The notes under the pieces are model-generated. The model was not told the DNA's origin. It saw only the letters and a list, made by a program, of their open reading frames with translations, and ran no database searches. From positions 1,440,001 to 1,504,000 of the forward strand of contig CAWGMA010000001.1 of assembly GCA_963823555.1 (NCBI GenBank): 64,000 nt of DNA. Reading direction: 5' to 3'. The DNA comes from Candidatus Eiseniibacteriota bacterium (lineage in GTDB: Bacteria > Eisenbacteria > RBG-16-71-46 > CAVPCR01). Of the stretch, positions 50,378 through 60,225 are shown piece by piece (within the stretch, counting starts at the first letter, position 1; each line of letters begins with the position of its first letter). The translations under genes and the position numbers were made by a program.

Positions 50378-50414
50378 GCCGTTCGCTTCCTTGCTCGGGG
50401 ATGTGACGCAGAGC

Positions 50415-50443
50415 ATCGTAGCGCGAGGCCGCGAGGGGGTCAA
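50415..50443 (-). promoter_or_regulatory. Sigma-70 promoter between thiS and thiG
   Basis: TTGACC-N17-TACGAT. Confidence 0.6.
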
Positions 50444-50469
50444 CTGGCAGCCGGCGTAACCAGCGAAGG

Positions 50470-50670
50470 CTAACCGCCGGCGATCATCTGGATGATCTCG
50501 ATGCGGTCGCCCGGCTCGAGGATCGTCCGTGCAAGCTCGGCCCGCTTGATGACCTGCTCGTTGCGTTCGACGACCACGACCTCCGGGCGGAGGCTGAAGA
50601 GCTCCACGAGCTGGCGGGCTGTGGTCCCGCCTTCGACCTCTCGTTCTTCACCGTTGACGATCAGTTTCAC
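50470..50670 (-). CDS. thiS: Sulfur carrier ThiS
   Basis: 66 aa, VNGE, GDRIEI, C-terminal GG. Confidence 0.93.
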   Translation of the reverse strand: MKLIVNGEEREVEGGTTARQLVELFSLRPEVVVVERNEQVIKRAELARTILEPGDRIEIIQMIAGG

Positions 50671-50697
50671 TGGCTGCCGCTCGTGTACGCGCTCGGT

Positions 50698-51789
50698 TCA
50701 GAAGCTATACGAACCGCCGATGCGATGGGACGAGTCGAAGGCAGGATGATCCCCGACGAAGGCGTAGTCGACGCCGAAGCCGCGGTAACGGAAGCCGGCG
50801 CCGGCGGTGATGGCGTCGGTGGTCGCACCGAACCTCAAGGCGAGTGCCCGTGCGTACCAGTATTCGAGGCCACCATGAAAGTCGGCGCCGAGAACCGTTT
50901 CCCCGAAGGAGACTCCGCTCGCCGTCTTGCGGTTGTCGAAGGTCATGTCCATGTCCCCGGCGGCGGTGACGACGCCGCGCAGAACGGGGACCTCGCGGGT
51001 GTACTGGGCGCCGATGGTGACCGAAGGGGCGATGGTCTCGCGCCGCCCGGAGTCCCAGGCCAGAAGCGTGGTGGTGACGTCGGAGACCCGGAGCCCGGCG
51101 GAGAAGGTCGTCGTGGGAAAGTACATGAGGCCGAGGTCGGCGCCGATGCCGAAGCTCGAGTTGCCCGGAAGCGACTGCCGGATGATCTTCGCCGTCCCAG
51201 CCAGCGAGAAGGCCGATCCCAGACCGCGCGCATACGAGATCAGGAACGCCATCTCGGACTCGGAATCGTAGCGGACGGGGATGTTCTCGATGAAGAGGCG
51301 CTCGGATCCAGCCGGGTCATCGGGATCGAAATCCCAGCGTCCGTTGCCGTTGGTGTCCTCGAACTCGACTCCCGGGATGAGATCCTCCGGATCCTTGTCC
51401 CGGATGGCGATATCGTCGACGGCGCTGCGCAGGAAGCCAAACGCTACGGCTTGCGGTTTACCGCCTCCCGTATCGGACAGGGGCTGGCGGAAGGCGATGA
51501 AGTCGTGGTTCACGAGCTGCCCGAATTGCTCGGCGTGCTCGGCCCATACCTGGCGCTGGCTCCCGAAGATGAGCCCGGCCGGGTTCCAGTAGACCGCGGT
51601 GGCGTCATCGGCCATGGCCACGAAAGCGCTCCCCATACCCAGGGCGCGGGCCCCGACCGGCAGTTTCAGGAACTCCCCGGCGTACTTGTCAATCGCCGCC
51701 GCGGGCTGGCTCGACCCGGCGGTCACCACCAGGGCGACGACCAGGGCGCATCCGAGGCCCAGACCTTTCGAATGGAGCGGGCAAATCAC
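50698..51789 (-). CDS. PorV/PorQ-family outer membrane protein
   Basis: KYAGEFLKLPVGARALGMG..AMADDATAVYWNPAGL; C-terminal SHRIGGSYSF; GTG start after GGAGG. Confidence 0.88.
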   Translation of the reverse strand: MICPLHSKGLGLGCALVVALVVTAGSSQPAAAIDKYAGEFLKLPVGARALGMGSAFVAMADDATAVYWNPAGLIFGSQRQVWAEHAEQFGQLVNHDFIAFRQPLSDTGGGKPQAVAFGFLRSAVDDIAIRDKDPEDLIPGVEFEDTNGNGRWDFDPDDPAGSERLFIENIPVRYDSESEMAFLISYARGLGSAFSLAGTAKIIRQSLPGNSSFGIGADLGLMYFPTTTFSAGLRVSDVTTTLLAWDSGRRETIAPSVTIGAQYTREVPVLRGVVTAAGDMDMTFDNRKTASGVSFGETVLGADFHGGLEYWYARALALRFGATTDAITAGAGFRYRGFGVDYAFVGDHPAFDSSHRIGGSYSF

Positions 51790-51950
51790 GACTTGGTCCT
51801 CCAGGAGGAGCCGCTCTGTGGCGGGCGCGGTCATGGGCGATCGCGTCGCCATGGGCAAGCCCTGGCCGGGCTCTCCCATGGCGCCTTGAGGGATAACACA
51901 GCATACCTGGGACGTTGGTTCCGGTGAAGCCCTGAAGCGAGCCCCCTCCG

Positions 51951-52415
51951 CTAGCCCCTCTCAGCACTCTCGATCAGGGACCGTTCCAGCCGCCAGTGGA
52001 CATAGGCCTCGATCCGGTTGTGGTCCGCCGGACTCAGATGGAGAAAGGCGATGCCGACCGCGTAGCGCTCTGCCGCGGCCGCTCCTTGCTTGCCTCCTCC
52101 CGCGATGGGATCGCAGCGCACGACGATGCCCTCGGCCCGGATCTCGCTGCCCTTCGCTCCCCCGTGAGCTACATCCTCCCTCGCCGCGCCGCCCTTCCGG
52201 GCGCCCTTCTCCTCGTTCAGGGCGAAGGGAGGAACAACGAGGGTCAGCTCGACCTTGGTCAAGGGGGTGAAGTAGCGCGGCGTGATGGCATAGATCCCGC
52301 CAGCCGACAGGTTGAGCGCCTCGGCTTCCACCTCGGGTGTGCCGAGACCGACGACCTGCAGATCGAGCTTGGTCGCCACTCGGCGGGACTTCCGTCGCTC
52401 CTTGGGATGGCTCAT
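51951..52415 (-). CDS. Stand-alone PilZ domain protein
   Basis: ERRKSRR and NLSAGG motifs; GIVVR, GIAF. Confidence 0.88.
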   Translation of the reverse strand: MSHPKERRKSRRVATKLDLQVVGLGTPEVEAEALNLSAGGIYAITPRYFTPLTKVELTLVVPPFALNEEKGARKGGAAREDVAHGGAKGSEIRAEGIVVRCDPIAGGGKQGAAAAERYAVGIAFLHLSPADHNRIEAYVHWRLERSLIESAERG

Positions 52416-54466
52416 GGACTGGACTCCCCGGGCAGCGCCTTGAGCGCACCGCCCACGATGGTGAGGTCGAGCTCCCGGTGCAGCACCGAGAGCCGCTCGA
52501 TTCGCACGCGCACCCGCTGCCCGAGGGCAAAGCGGGTCCCCGTGCGCCGGCCGGTCAGGGAATGTCCCCGGGATCCCAGATCATAGCGGTCGAAAGGCAA
52601 TCGCTCCCGGGCGACGAAGCCATCGACCGGCACTTCATCGAGGGTGACGAACAATCCCGTTGGAAGCGCGGCCGTCACCATACCGTTCAACTCCTCCCCC
52701 AGACGGGGAATGAGCAAGCGCAGGGCCTTGATCCGAACCACGAGACGCTCCGCGTCCGCGGCGGCGACCTCGGCGGCCGAGGTGGCGCGGGCCAGCTCCT
52801 CCAATCCAGGACGGTAGCGGTCGCGCACCGTCTGAAGCAAGCCCTCCGCATCGGCTCGCCGCCGGGCCCGGGGACCGCCGTCCCCGAGGGCGTCCATGGC
52901 CGCGATCAGGACGCGATGGGTGTGAAGATCGGGGTAGCGACGAATCGGCGATGTGAAGTGCGTGTAGGCCGAAACCCCCAGCCCGAAGTGCCCAGCGTCC
53001 TCATCCGAGTAGCGTGCCTTCTCGAGGGAACGCAGGAGATAGCTCGATACCAGCTCGCCCACCCCGCGCTCCTCCGCCTCGGTGATCACGTGGTGGAGAT
53101 GAACCGGATCCGCGAGGTTCAAGCCCGAGCGCACGATCCCGAGCTCATCGAGGACGAGCCCGAACTCCATGAGGCGCTCGATGCGTGGTCGCTCGTGGAT
53201 GCGGTAGAGAATAGGTAGACGTGCCGCCAGGCCCCAGCTGCCGACGACCTCGTTCGCGAGGAGCATGAACTCCTCCACCAGACGATGCGCAGCTCCCTGC
53301 TGGCGCGGGGTGAGATCCAGAGGATGCCCGAGCTCGTCCATCTTGACGCGGTATTCGGGCACGTCGAGATAGAGCCCCCCGCGCGACTCCCGGCGTGCTC
53401 TCAGGATCGCGGAGATCGCTCCCAGACGTCTGAGCGCCGTGACCCAGGTCTCATCCGGCTCCGGCGGCCCCTCCCCATCGAGGATCCCCTCGGCCTCACC
53501 GTAGGTGAGACGCCGGCGGCTCCGGATGAGCGATCGATCGATCCGCCAGGCCTGGATCTCGCCTTCTGGATCGAGAGCGGCACGGATCGAAACCGCATAT
53601 CGATCGACGTCGGGCTTGAGGCTGGCGGCATGACTCGACAGCGGGTCCGGAAGCATCGGCAGAACGAGCCCGGGCATGTACACGCTCGTGCCCCTCGCCA
53701 AGGCATCGAGGTCCACGGCATCATCGGACTCCACGTACCAGGCAACATCCGCGATGTGCACGCCGACCTCGTCCATGCCATCGGGAAGTCGCCGCCAGGA
53801 GATGGCATCGTCGAAATCGGCGGCCTCCTCGGGATCGATGGTGACTAGATCGAGCGAACGCAGGTCGGTGCGCCCGGTGTCGAGGATGGCCTCGCGGGCA
53901 CGAGCAGCGGCGAGCTCCTCCGCTTCGCGCGAGAAGATCAGGGAGAGCCCGATCTCGTGGGCGATGTCGCGGGCGTCTTCGGATGGATCGCTGAGGTCAC
54001 CCAGGCGCTCGAGGAAGCGGTAGCGGACAGGGCCCGGGCGGCGCCCCCCCTCGAGCTCGACGACGATGCGATCGCCGCTCCGGAGGTCGGGGTGCACTCC
54101 GGCGACGGGACCATCGTCGTAGCGGCGGATGATCGGCTCGAGTTCGATCCGCTCACCCCGGCGATGCACGATGCCGGCGAGCCGCCGGGGTTCACGCGCC
54201 AGGACCTCCACGACATGAGCTTGCTCGCGTTCCCGGCCGCGGAAACGACCACGTCGGATGAGGCGGTACGCGACCAGGTCGCCATGGACCGCGGCGCCCC
54301 GGTCTCCAGCCCGAACCAGGATGTCGCCCCCACCGTCCTCGGGCGTGATGAACCCCACTCCGCTCCGGCTGACTGCGATCGTCCCGGTCAGGGCGGAGCG
54401 GCCCCGCCGGCGGGTCCGGGTGGCGTTGGCCCGACGCGAGCCGCGGCGCGGTCCTTCACGGCGCAA
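52412..54466 (-). CDS. rnr: Ribonuclease R (RNB family)
   Basis: TIDPEEAADFDDA, VHIADV, RGTSVY, EEFMLLAN, YTHFTSPIRRYPDL, S1 domain; TTG start inferred. Confidence 0.93.
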   Translation of the reverse strand: MRREGPRRGSRRANATRTRRRGRSALTGTIAVSRSGVGFITPEDGGGDILVRAGDRGAAVHGDLVAYRLIRRGRFRGREREQAHVVEVLAREPRRLAGIVHRRGERIELEPIIRRYDDGPVAGVHPDLRSGDRIVVELEGGRRPGPVRYRFLERLGDLSDPSEDARDIAHEIGLSLIFSREAEELAAARAREAILDTGRTDLRSLDLVTIDPEEAADFDDAISWRRLPDGMDEVGVHIADVAWYVESDDAVDLDALARGTSVYMPGLVLPMLPDPLSSHAASLKPDVDRYAVSIRAALDPEGEIQAWRIDRSLIRSRRRLTYGEAEGILDGEGPPEPDETWVTALRRLGAISAILRARRESRGGLYLDVPEYRVKMDELGHPLDLTPRQQGAAHRLVEEFMLLANEVVGSWGLAARLPILYRIHERPRIERLMEFGLVLDELGIVRSGLNLADPVHLHHVITEAEERGVGELVSSYLLRSLEKARYSDEDAGHFGLGVSAYTHFTSPIRRYPDLHTHRVLIAAMDALGDGGPRARRRADAEGLLQTVRDRYRPGLEELARATSAAEVAAADAERLVVRIKALRLLIPRLGEELNGMVTAALPTGLFVTLDEVPVDGFVARERLPFDRYDLGSRGHSLTGRRTGTRFALGQRVRVRIERLSVLHRELDLTIVGGALKALPGESSP

Positions 54467-54531
54467 GGGGGACTCCAGAAAGCTCCTGGGGGCGGGCGCC
54501 GTGGCGGAGGGTGCCAGCACGAAGCACACAC

Positions 54532-54558
54532 AAAAAAGCGGGGATCGGGACCCCGCTT
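54532..54558 (-). terminator. Intrinsic terminator
   Basis: AAGCGGGG-TCCCGAT-CCCCGCTT plus T-tract. Confidence 0.85.
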
Positions 54559-54660
54559 CTCCATTCTCTCCGAAGGCGGCAGCGACTTCCGCAGCCGCCC
54601 TCTCGGATCGGGCTCGAACGTGCCGCGCGGCGATCGTCGCCGCGCGGCGGCGGCACTTTC

Positions 54661-54756
54661 CTAGCGGACCCGCTTCTTGTGCCGGTTCGCACGCTGCCGC
54701 TTCTTGCGCTTGTGCGTGGCGATCTTCTTCCGCTTGCGCTTCTTACCACTTCCCAT
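54661..54756 (-). CDS. 31-aa basic ribosomal protein bS22-like (AURKAIP1/COX24 domain); absent from ORF track
   Basis: MGSGKKRKRKKIATHKRKKRQRANRHKKRVR*; AGGA RBS. Confidence 0.88.
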   Translation of the reverse strand: MGSGKKRKRKKIATHKRKKRQRANRHKKRVR

Positions 54757-54812
54757 GCGTTTTCCTGCTCCCTGATGGCTCCCGCGAGCCGCAGGGGCCG
54801 CGAGGAAGCGAT

Positions 54813-55163
54813 CTACTGTTGCCCGCCGTCGGCGCTCGGGCGGGCCTCCGGACCGGAATCGCCAGCCCAGCGGTCAGGCAATTCCACCTCTCCCCGCACC
54901 ATGGCCTTGAGCTGGTTGGATGGCTTGAACACCGGCACCAGCTTCGCGGGGACATTCACCTCGTCACCGGTGCGCGGGTTGCGCGCGCGGCGCGAGCGCC
55001 GGGCGCGCACCTTGAAGGTGCCGAAGCCCCGGATCTCGATGTGGTTGCCCTCACTCAACGCCTGCGCGATCGCGTTCAAGATCTCGTCGACGATGCGCGC
55101 GTTCTCGCTCTTGGACAAACGACTGCGCTTGCAGATGTCCTCGACAAGGTCGGCTTTCGTCAT
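54813..55163 (-). CDS. HU/IHF family DNA-binding protein
   Basis: MTKADL...IEIRGFGTF...ARNPRTG...FKPS; GGAGG RBS. Confidence 0.95.
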   Translation of the reverse strand: MTKADLVEDICKRSRLSKSENARIVDEILNAIAQALSEGNHIEIRGFGTFKVRARRSRRARNPRTGDEVNVPAKLVPVFKPSNQLKAMVRGEVELPDRWAGDSGPEARPSADGGQQ

Positions 55164-55305
55164 GGCCTTCCTCCGGAACCACTGGTTCTCGCTCGCCGCA
55201 GCGTAGACGAAGGTGCCGGACGGATCCCAGGGCGAGAGACGGTCACCGAGCCGCAACCGACCTGGCCGGCTCGACGCCGACTCGTCATGCGCGAACTCGG
55301 GGGGC

Positions 55306-55334
55306 AAACTACACCGGCCAAGATGTGATGTCAA
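55306..55334 (-). promoter_or_regulatory. Sigma-70 promoter for HU/IHF-bS22
   Basis: TTGACA-N17-TAGTTT. Confidence 0.65.
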
Positions 55335-55410
55335 CAGGACTTTCGGGATTTTTCCGGCCGCGAGCCGCTCTCATCGGCCAGGCCGAGGGCTGGCGCCCGA
55401 GCCCCAGCGC

Positions 55411-56295
55411 CTAGCGGTATTCGAGCCGTGCCCAGCCTCTGGGCAGGGTCAGCGCTCCGGCGACGCGCTCCTCGAACCAGCGCTGCCAGGCTGGGATGTG
55501 CTTGCGCTCGCGCACCGTCTCGGGCTCGCCCTCGATTCCAGCCATCCGCCCCGCCACGCGCACCGCCTCGTCCAGGTCGGCAAGGCGGTCGACCAGGCCG
55601 CTCTGGTAGGCCTGACGCCCGGAGAACAGACGACCATCGGCGAGCGCACGCACCGAATCCGCAGGCAAGGGACGGGAGGCGACGATGGCGTCGATGAACT
55701 GCTCGTGGACGTCACCGAGGACTCCGGTCAACCATTCCCGCTCCTCCGGTGTCAGTGGTCGGAACGGAGAGCCGGCATCCTTGGCCGAGCCGGCCTTGAT
55801 GACCTGATAGTCGACTCCGATCTTCTTCAAGAAGGCCGAGAGGTCCGGGAAGCTCATGATGACGCCGATGGAACCCGTGAGCGTGCCGGGCAAGGCGAAG
55901 ATCGAGTCGGCGGCGGTCGCTACGTAGTAACCGCCGGAAGCGGCGACATCGTCGAGCGCTGCGATGATGGGGATGCCATCGGCCTTGAACGCCTCGAGCC
56001 GGCTGATGATGCGTTGCGTCCGCCCAACCGCGCCACCGGGAGAGTTGACATGAAGGACCAGCGCCTTGACCGAGGTGTCCTCGCGCAGGCTCTCGAGCTG
56101 GTCGAGTACATCCTCATCGTCTCCGAGAACACCGAAGACCTCGACCACGCCGACCTTGGGGCCAGGGCTGGGCAGCTTGAACTCCCCACCTGCCAGCTGC
56201 ATGGAGGCGAACAAGATGAAGCCTCCGCCGATCACGAGCAGAAGCAGAATGAAGAGACTGCACCCGATCAACCAACCGCGGGGCTCTGAGGCCAT
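55411..56295 (-). CDS. sppA: Signal peptide peptidase SppA (S49)
   Basis: NSPGG, AASGGYY, TGSIGV, DGRLFSG, GLVD. Confidence 0.93.
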   Translation of the reverse strand: MASEPRGWLIGCSLFILLLLVIGGGFILFASMQLAGGEFKLPSPGPKVGVVEVFGVLGDDEDVLDQLESLREDTSVKALVLHVNSPGGAVGRTQRIISRLEAFKADGIPIIAALDDVAASGGYYVATAADSIFALPGTLTGSIGVIMSFPDLSAFLKKIGVDYQVIKAGSAKDAGSPFRPLTPEEREWLTGVLGDVHEQFIDAIVASRPLPADSVRALADGRLFSGRQAYQSGLVDRLADLDEAVRVAGRMAGIEGEPETVRERKHIPAWQRWFEERVAGALTLPRGWARLEYR

Positions 56296-56400
56296 CCTGG
56301 CTCTCCTTTGGACTCCAACCACACCTTGCGACGGCACGCTATCAAGCGATGGAGGAAGGTGTCAATGCGGGGCGAAGGTGGGATAGTCAGGGGGTGGAGG

Positions 56401-56614
56401 GGAAAAGAAGAGGTTCCCCACCTCTGCCGTTCGTCGGGTCGTGAATCACTGCACCATCAAGAGACTGGGATCACAGCCCACGTCCCGCCGATTCGAACAG
56501 CGCAGGGAACCTAAGCTCTGGGGACCCTTGGCCGGCGTATCGACCGCCTGCTCGCAGGCGGTGAGGAGGTGGGAGGCTCGCCCCTCGCGAGCCTCCCGCG
56601 CCAGCATGGTCGAC
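56401..56614 (-). ncRNA. Putative sigma-54-dependent structured RNA
   Basis: Two perfect hairpins plus a roughly 100-nt rod (56411-56512) and U-rich tail downstream of a sigma-54 motif. Confidence 0.45.
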
Positions 56615-56625
56615 CTCGCATCAGG

Positions 56626-56640
56626 GCAATGCGCGTGCCA
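56626..56640 (-). promoter_or_regulatory. Sigma-54 (-24/-12) promoter
   Basis: TGGCAC-GCGCA-TTGC matches consensus; IHF-like AGTCAACCCGTTG at 56685-56697. Confidence 0.7.
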
Positions 56641-56781
56641 CGGCCCATTGCCGCGCCCGGATTGACTGCTAGTTGATAGGGCAACAACGGGTTGACTCAG
56701 GGCACCCGAGGCGCGTCCGATCGTGTTCGGGTTGGCGCCAGGATGCTCGTGCGGGGAAAAGCCCCGGGTCGTGGGGAGATC

Positions 56782-57756
56782 TCACCCGCGGCGGACGCGG
56801 ATGCAGCTCACCAGATGCCCTGGCTTCTTGGCCTCGAGGAGGGGGGCGATCTCCTTGCAGTCCGGGATCACTTCGGGACAGCGCGGATGAAAGGCACACC
56901 CGGCGGGCGCCGCGCTGGGGTCCGGAGGTTCGCCCACCGTGTCGGCTACGCGGTTCGGGATCCCGGGTGCGAGTCGCGGGACTGCACTGAGCAACGCCTG
57001 TGTGTAGGGATGGAGGGCTCCGCTGAAGAGCACGCGCTTCGGTGCCAGTTCGACGATCTTGCCGAGATACATGACAGCGACGCGATCCGATACGTGCTCG
57101 ACCAGGCTCAGGTCATGGGCGATGAACAGGTACGCGAGTCCGCGTTGCTGGCGGAGATCGGCGAGCAGGTTCACGATCTGGGCTTGCACCGAGACATCGA
57201 GCGCCGACACGGGCTCATCGGCGATGATCATCTCGGGTTCCACCGCCATGGCACGGGCAATGCCGATGCGCTGGCGCTGCCCCCCTGAGAACTCGTGGGG
57301 GTAACGGTCGGCGTGATCGGGACGAAGGCCGACAAGCCTAAGGAGCTGGGCCACCCGGTCCCGCGCCGGTGGACCCGACGGGAACCCCTGCAGGGTCAAT
57401 GCCTCGCCGAGGATCATCCCGACCGAGAGGCGTGGGTTGAGGCTCGAATACGGATCCTGAAAGATGATCTGCATCCGGCGGCGGAGAGCCCTGAGCTCCT
57501 GCTTGCCGGCCTTGAGCACGTCCACCCCAGCGAAACGGACCTCACCCGAGCTGGGCTCGAGAAGCCGGAGAACGAGCCGAGCCACCGTCGATTTGCCGCA
57601 TCCCGATTCACCGACCAGTCCGAGGGTCTCACCCGGGGCGAGTTCGAACCCGATGCCGTCGACAGCGACCACGGATTCTCCGCGGCGACCGACGAGCCCG
57701 CGCCGGGCAGGGAACACTTTCCGGAGATCGCGCACCTCAAGGAGCGCCGCACTCAT
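56782..57756 (-). CDS. Oligo/dipeptide ABC ATPase (OppF/DppF-like)
   Basis: [43 protein letters not shown]. Confidence 0.94.
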   Translation of the reverse strand: MSAALLEVRDLRKVFPARRGLVGRRGESVVAVDGIGFELAPGETLGLVGESGCGKSTVARLVLRLLEPSSGEVRFAGVDVLKAGKQELRALRRRMQIIFQDPYSSLNPRLSVGMILGEALTLQGFPSGPPARDRVAQLLRLVGLRPDHADRYPHEFSGGQRQRIGIARAMAVEPEMIIADEPVSALDVSVQAQIVNLLADLRQQRGLAYLFIAHDLSLVEHVSDRVAVMYLGKIVELAPKRVLFSGALHPYTQALLSAVPRLAPGIPNRVADTVGEPPDPSAAPAGCAFHPRCPEVIPDCKEIAPLLEAKKPGHLVSCIRVRRG

Positions 57757-58787
57757 GCGCCACCTCGCTCGGAACCGGCGGCCGGGGTCTCAGCGGGCGC
57801 CGGGAAGGCGATCGGTCCGCGGTGGAAGCAGGCGGCGAGATGCCCCACTCCAGCGCGCTCGAGCTCGGGCTCCTCGCTGCGGCAGCGTGGATCAGCGAGG
57901 GGACACCGGGGATGAAAGGCGCACCCGGGAGGGAAGGAAGATGGATCGGGCACAGCACCAGGTATGGCGGGCAAGCGATCGACGGCGGCCCCCAACCGCA
58001 ACAGCGAGCCCATGAGACCCTGCGTGTAGGGATGCTGCGGACGCGCGTAGAGCGTTGTCGCCGGCGCCACCTCGACGATCTTGCCGGCATACATGACCGC
58101 CACGCGATCGGCCACCGCCGCCACGACGCCGAGATCGTGCGTGATGAACAGCATGGCCATGCCCAGCTCGCGTCGCAGGCGCGCCAGGAGAGCGAGGATT
58201 TGCGCCTGGACCGTGACATCGAGCGCCGTTGTCGGTTCATCCGCGATGAGGAGGACCGGATCGGCGGCCAGCGCCATGGCGAGCATCACCCGCTGGCGCG
58301 TCCCGCCCGACAGCTCGTGCGGGAATCGATCCACGCGATCGGATGGAGCGGGTATGCCGACGCGATCGAAGAGCTCGATCGTCCGCGCCCGCGCCGCGCG
58401 GCGCCCGACGCCAAGGTGGAGGCGGATGGCCTCCTCGACCTGGGCGCCGGCTGCCATGACCGGATTCAAGGCGCTCATCGGTTCCTGGAAGACGATCCCG
58501 ATCCGGTTGCCGCGGATCTCTCTCATGGCGGTCTTGCTCTTGGCCAGGAGATCTTCTCCCTGGAAGAGGATCGGGCCACCCCTCACCTCCGCTGGCGGCT
58601 CCGGCAAGAGCCGGAGCAAGGCGAGGGCCGTGACGCTCTTGCCCGAGCCGGACTCACCCACGAGGCCGAGGGTCTCCCCCCTTTCGATCTGGAGAGAGAG
58701 ACCGCGCAGAGCGCCGACGACACCGCTCCGCAGATGGAAATCGACGTGCAGGTCTCTCAGCTCGAGCAATGGAGTCGATGTCGTCAT
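57753..58787 (-). CDS. Oligo/dipeptide ABC ATPase (OppD/DppD-like)
   Basis: [36 protein letters not shown]. Confidence 0.94.
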   Translation of the reverse strand: MTTSTPLLELRDLHVDFHLRSGVVGALRGLSLQIERGETLGLVGESGSGKSVTALALLRLLPEPPAEVRGGPILFQGEDLLAKSKTAMREIRGNRIGIVFQEPMSALNPVMAAGAQVEEAIRLHLGVGRRAARARTIELFDRVGIPAPSDRVDRFPHELSGGTRQRVMLAMALAADPVLLIADEPTTALDVTVQAQILALLARLRRELGMAMLFITHDLGVVAAVADRVAVMYAGKIVEVAPATTLYARPQHPYTQGLMGSLLRLGAAVDRLPAIPGAVPDPSSFPPGCAFHPRCPLADPRCRSEEPELERAGVGHLAACFHRGPIAFPAPAETPAAGSERGGA

Positions 58788-58959
58788 GGGGTCCGTGGGC
58801 TGCGCCTCGCGCCCAATCCTCGTCTGGCCCGATCAGGCATATCTTCCGACAGCATAACAGAGTGAATCCCCGGCACCGGGCCCGCGCGGCTGCCACGACC
58901 GTCGCAACGAACGGGGGTCTCGTCTCGTAGAGAATGCAGACCGACAGGAGGAGGCGATC

Positions 58960-60225
58960 ATGAAGCGCAGCCTGTTGTTGCCTTGGCTCCTGGTTCCGCT
59001 CCTGGCTGGTGTGCCCGAAGCTCTGGCCGGCTCCCCCGGAGCTCGTGACTCGGCCCAGGCCCGGACCGAGCTCCTGGCGAGTGAACTCCTGCCGCAGGTG
59101 GCTGGCCTCCTCGGCTTTGCCGACTATGGTCCGGTGCGAATCGAGGCCAAGGACAAGGCTGAGCTGCGGGCCATGGTGGTTCCTACTCTCCGCGAGTTCT
59201 ATGGTGCGGAGGGACTCGAGCGCCGGAGCCGGGTGGCTGGCATTCTCGGCTTGATCCCGCCCGATTACGACCTGGGCCGCGGGATGGGCGAGCTCCTGGT
59301 GGAGGTGATGGGGGGCGGCTACGATCCGTTGCGGCACACGTATTACACGCTCATCGACAAGCCGCCATCGCTCTTTGATCCTCAGGTCGAGAAGATGGTC
59401 GCCGCGCACGAGCTGACGCACGCCCTCGAGGATCAGGTCGATGACATCGCGGCTTCACTTCGCCGCGGCGCCACGGATTGGGACTACGGCTTCGTCTACG
59501 ACGCGGTGATCGAAGGCATCGCGTATCAGACCATGATGGCGGTCGTGGCGGGGGTGTCGCTGGCGGAAGCACCGGACGCGACCGACATGCTCACAAGAAC
59601 GCGCACTGCGATGGCCGCGAGCCCGGCCTTTCCCGTCTTTGCCCGGACGCCCCCGGCGATCATCGAGATGGTCTTCGGGCCGGCCATCCACGGCCTGGCC
59701 TTTTGCCGGGCCTACATCCAGGCCCACCCACAAACCTCTCCGCTCGATCTCCTCGCGAACCTTCCGGTCTCGAGCGAGCAGATCCTCCATGTCGATCGGT
59801 ATGCGACCGATGATCGGCCCGCGACCATCGACCTGTCGCCGCTCGACGACGCCGTGCCGGCCGGGTGGCGCCCCTATCTGGCGGGCTCCCTCGGGGAATT
59901 CGACCTGAGGTTGTGCCTGGAGGCACAGGCCGCGACCCGCGAGGGGGCGGCCGAGGCGGTCGCCGGCTGGGACGGGTGTCGCTTCGCCACCTACGAGACG
60001 GTGGCCGGGGAGCTCATACTCGTCGGTCTCTCGGCCTGGGATTCCCCCACGGATGCCGGGGAATTCACTCAGGCCCTCGCCGTGGCGCTCGCCGGACACG
60101 AGGATCCGCGGACTCTGGCCATCGAGCAGTCCGGATCGATCGTGCCGTTCGTGATCGGCGCCGTGGCCCCGGCCACCCAGCGGGCGCTTCTGGCTCGCCT
60201 GGCCACCATGGCGATCGAGAGGTAG
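58960..60225 (+). CDS. Secreted putative zinc metallopeptidase
   Basis: AGGAGG RBS, signal peptide, GGYDP, AHELTHALEDQ...IEG, SSEQILH, GWDG. Confidence 0.72.
   Translation: MKRSLLLPWLLVPLLAGVPEALAGSPGARDSAQARTELLASELLPQVAGLLGFADYGPVRIEAKDKAELRAMVVPTLREFYGAEGLERRSRVAGILGLIPPDYDLGRGMGELLVEVMGGGYDPLRHTYYTLIDKPPSLFDPQVEKMVAAHELTHALEDQVDDIAASLRRGATDWDYGFVYDAVIEGIAYQTMMAVVAGVSLAEAPDATDMLTRTRTAMAASPAFPVFARTPPAIIEMVFGPAIHGLAFCRAYIQAHPQTSPLDLLANLPVSSEQILHVDRYATDDRPATIDLSPLDDAVPAGWRPYLAGSLGEFDLRLCLEAQAATREGAAEAVAGWDGCRFATYETVAGELILVGLSAWDSPTDAGEFTQALAVALAGHEDPRTLAIEQSGSIVPFVIGAVAPATQRALLARLATMAIER

Noticed and set aside
50378..50700. TPP riboswitch near the thi genes
   Set aside because: No CTGAGA...ACCTGA core on the coding strand
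56411..56512. SRP (4.5S) RNA
   Set aside because: Length fits, but the conserved CAGG-GNRA-AGCA domain IV motif is missing on both strands
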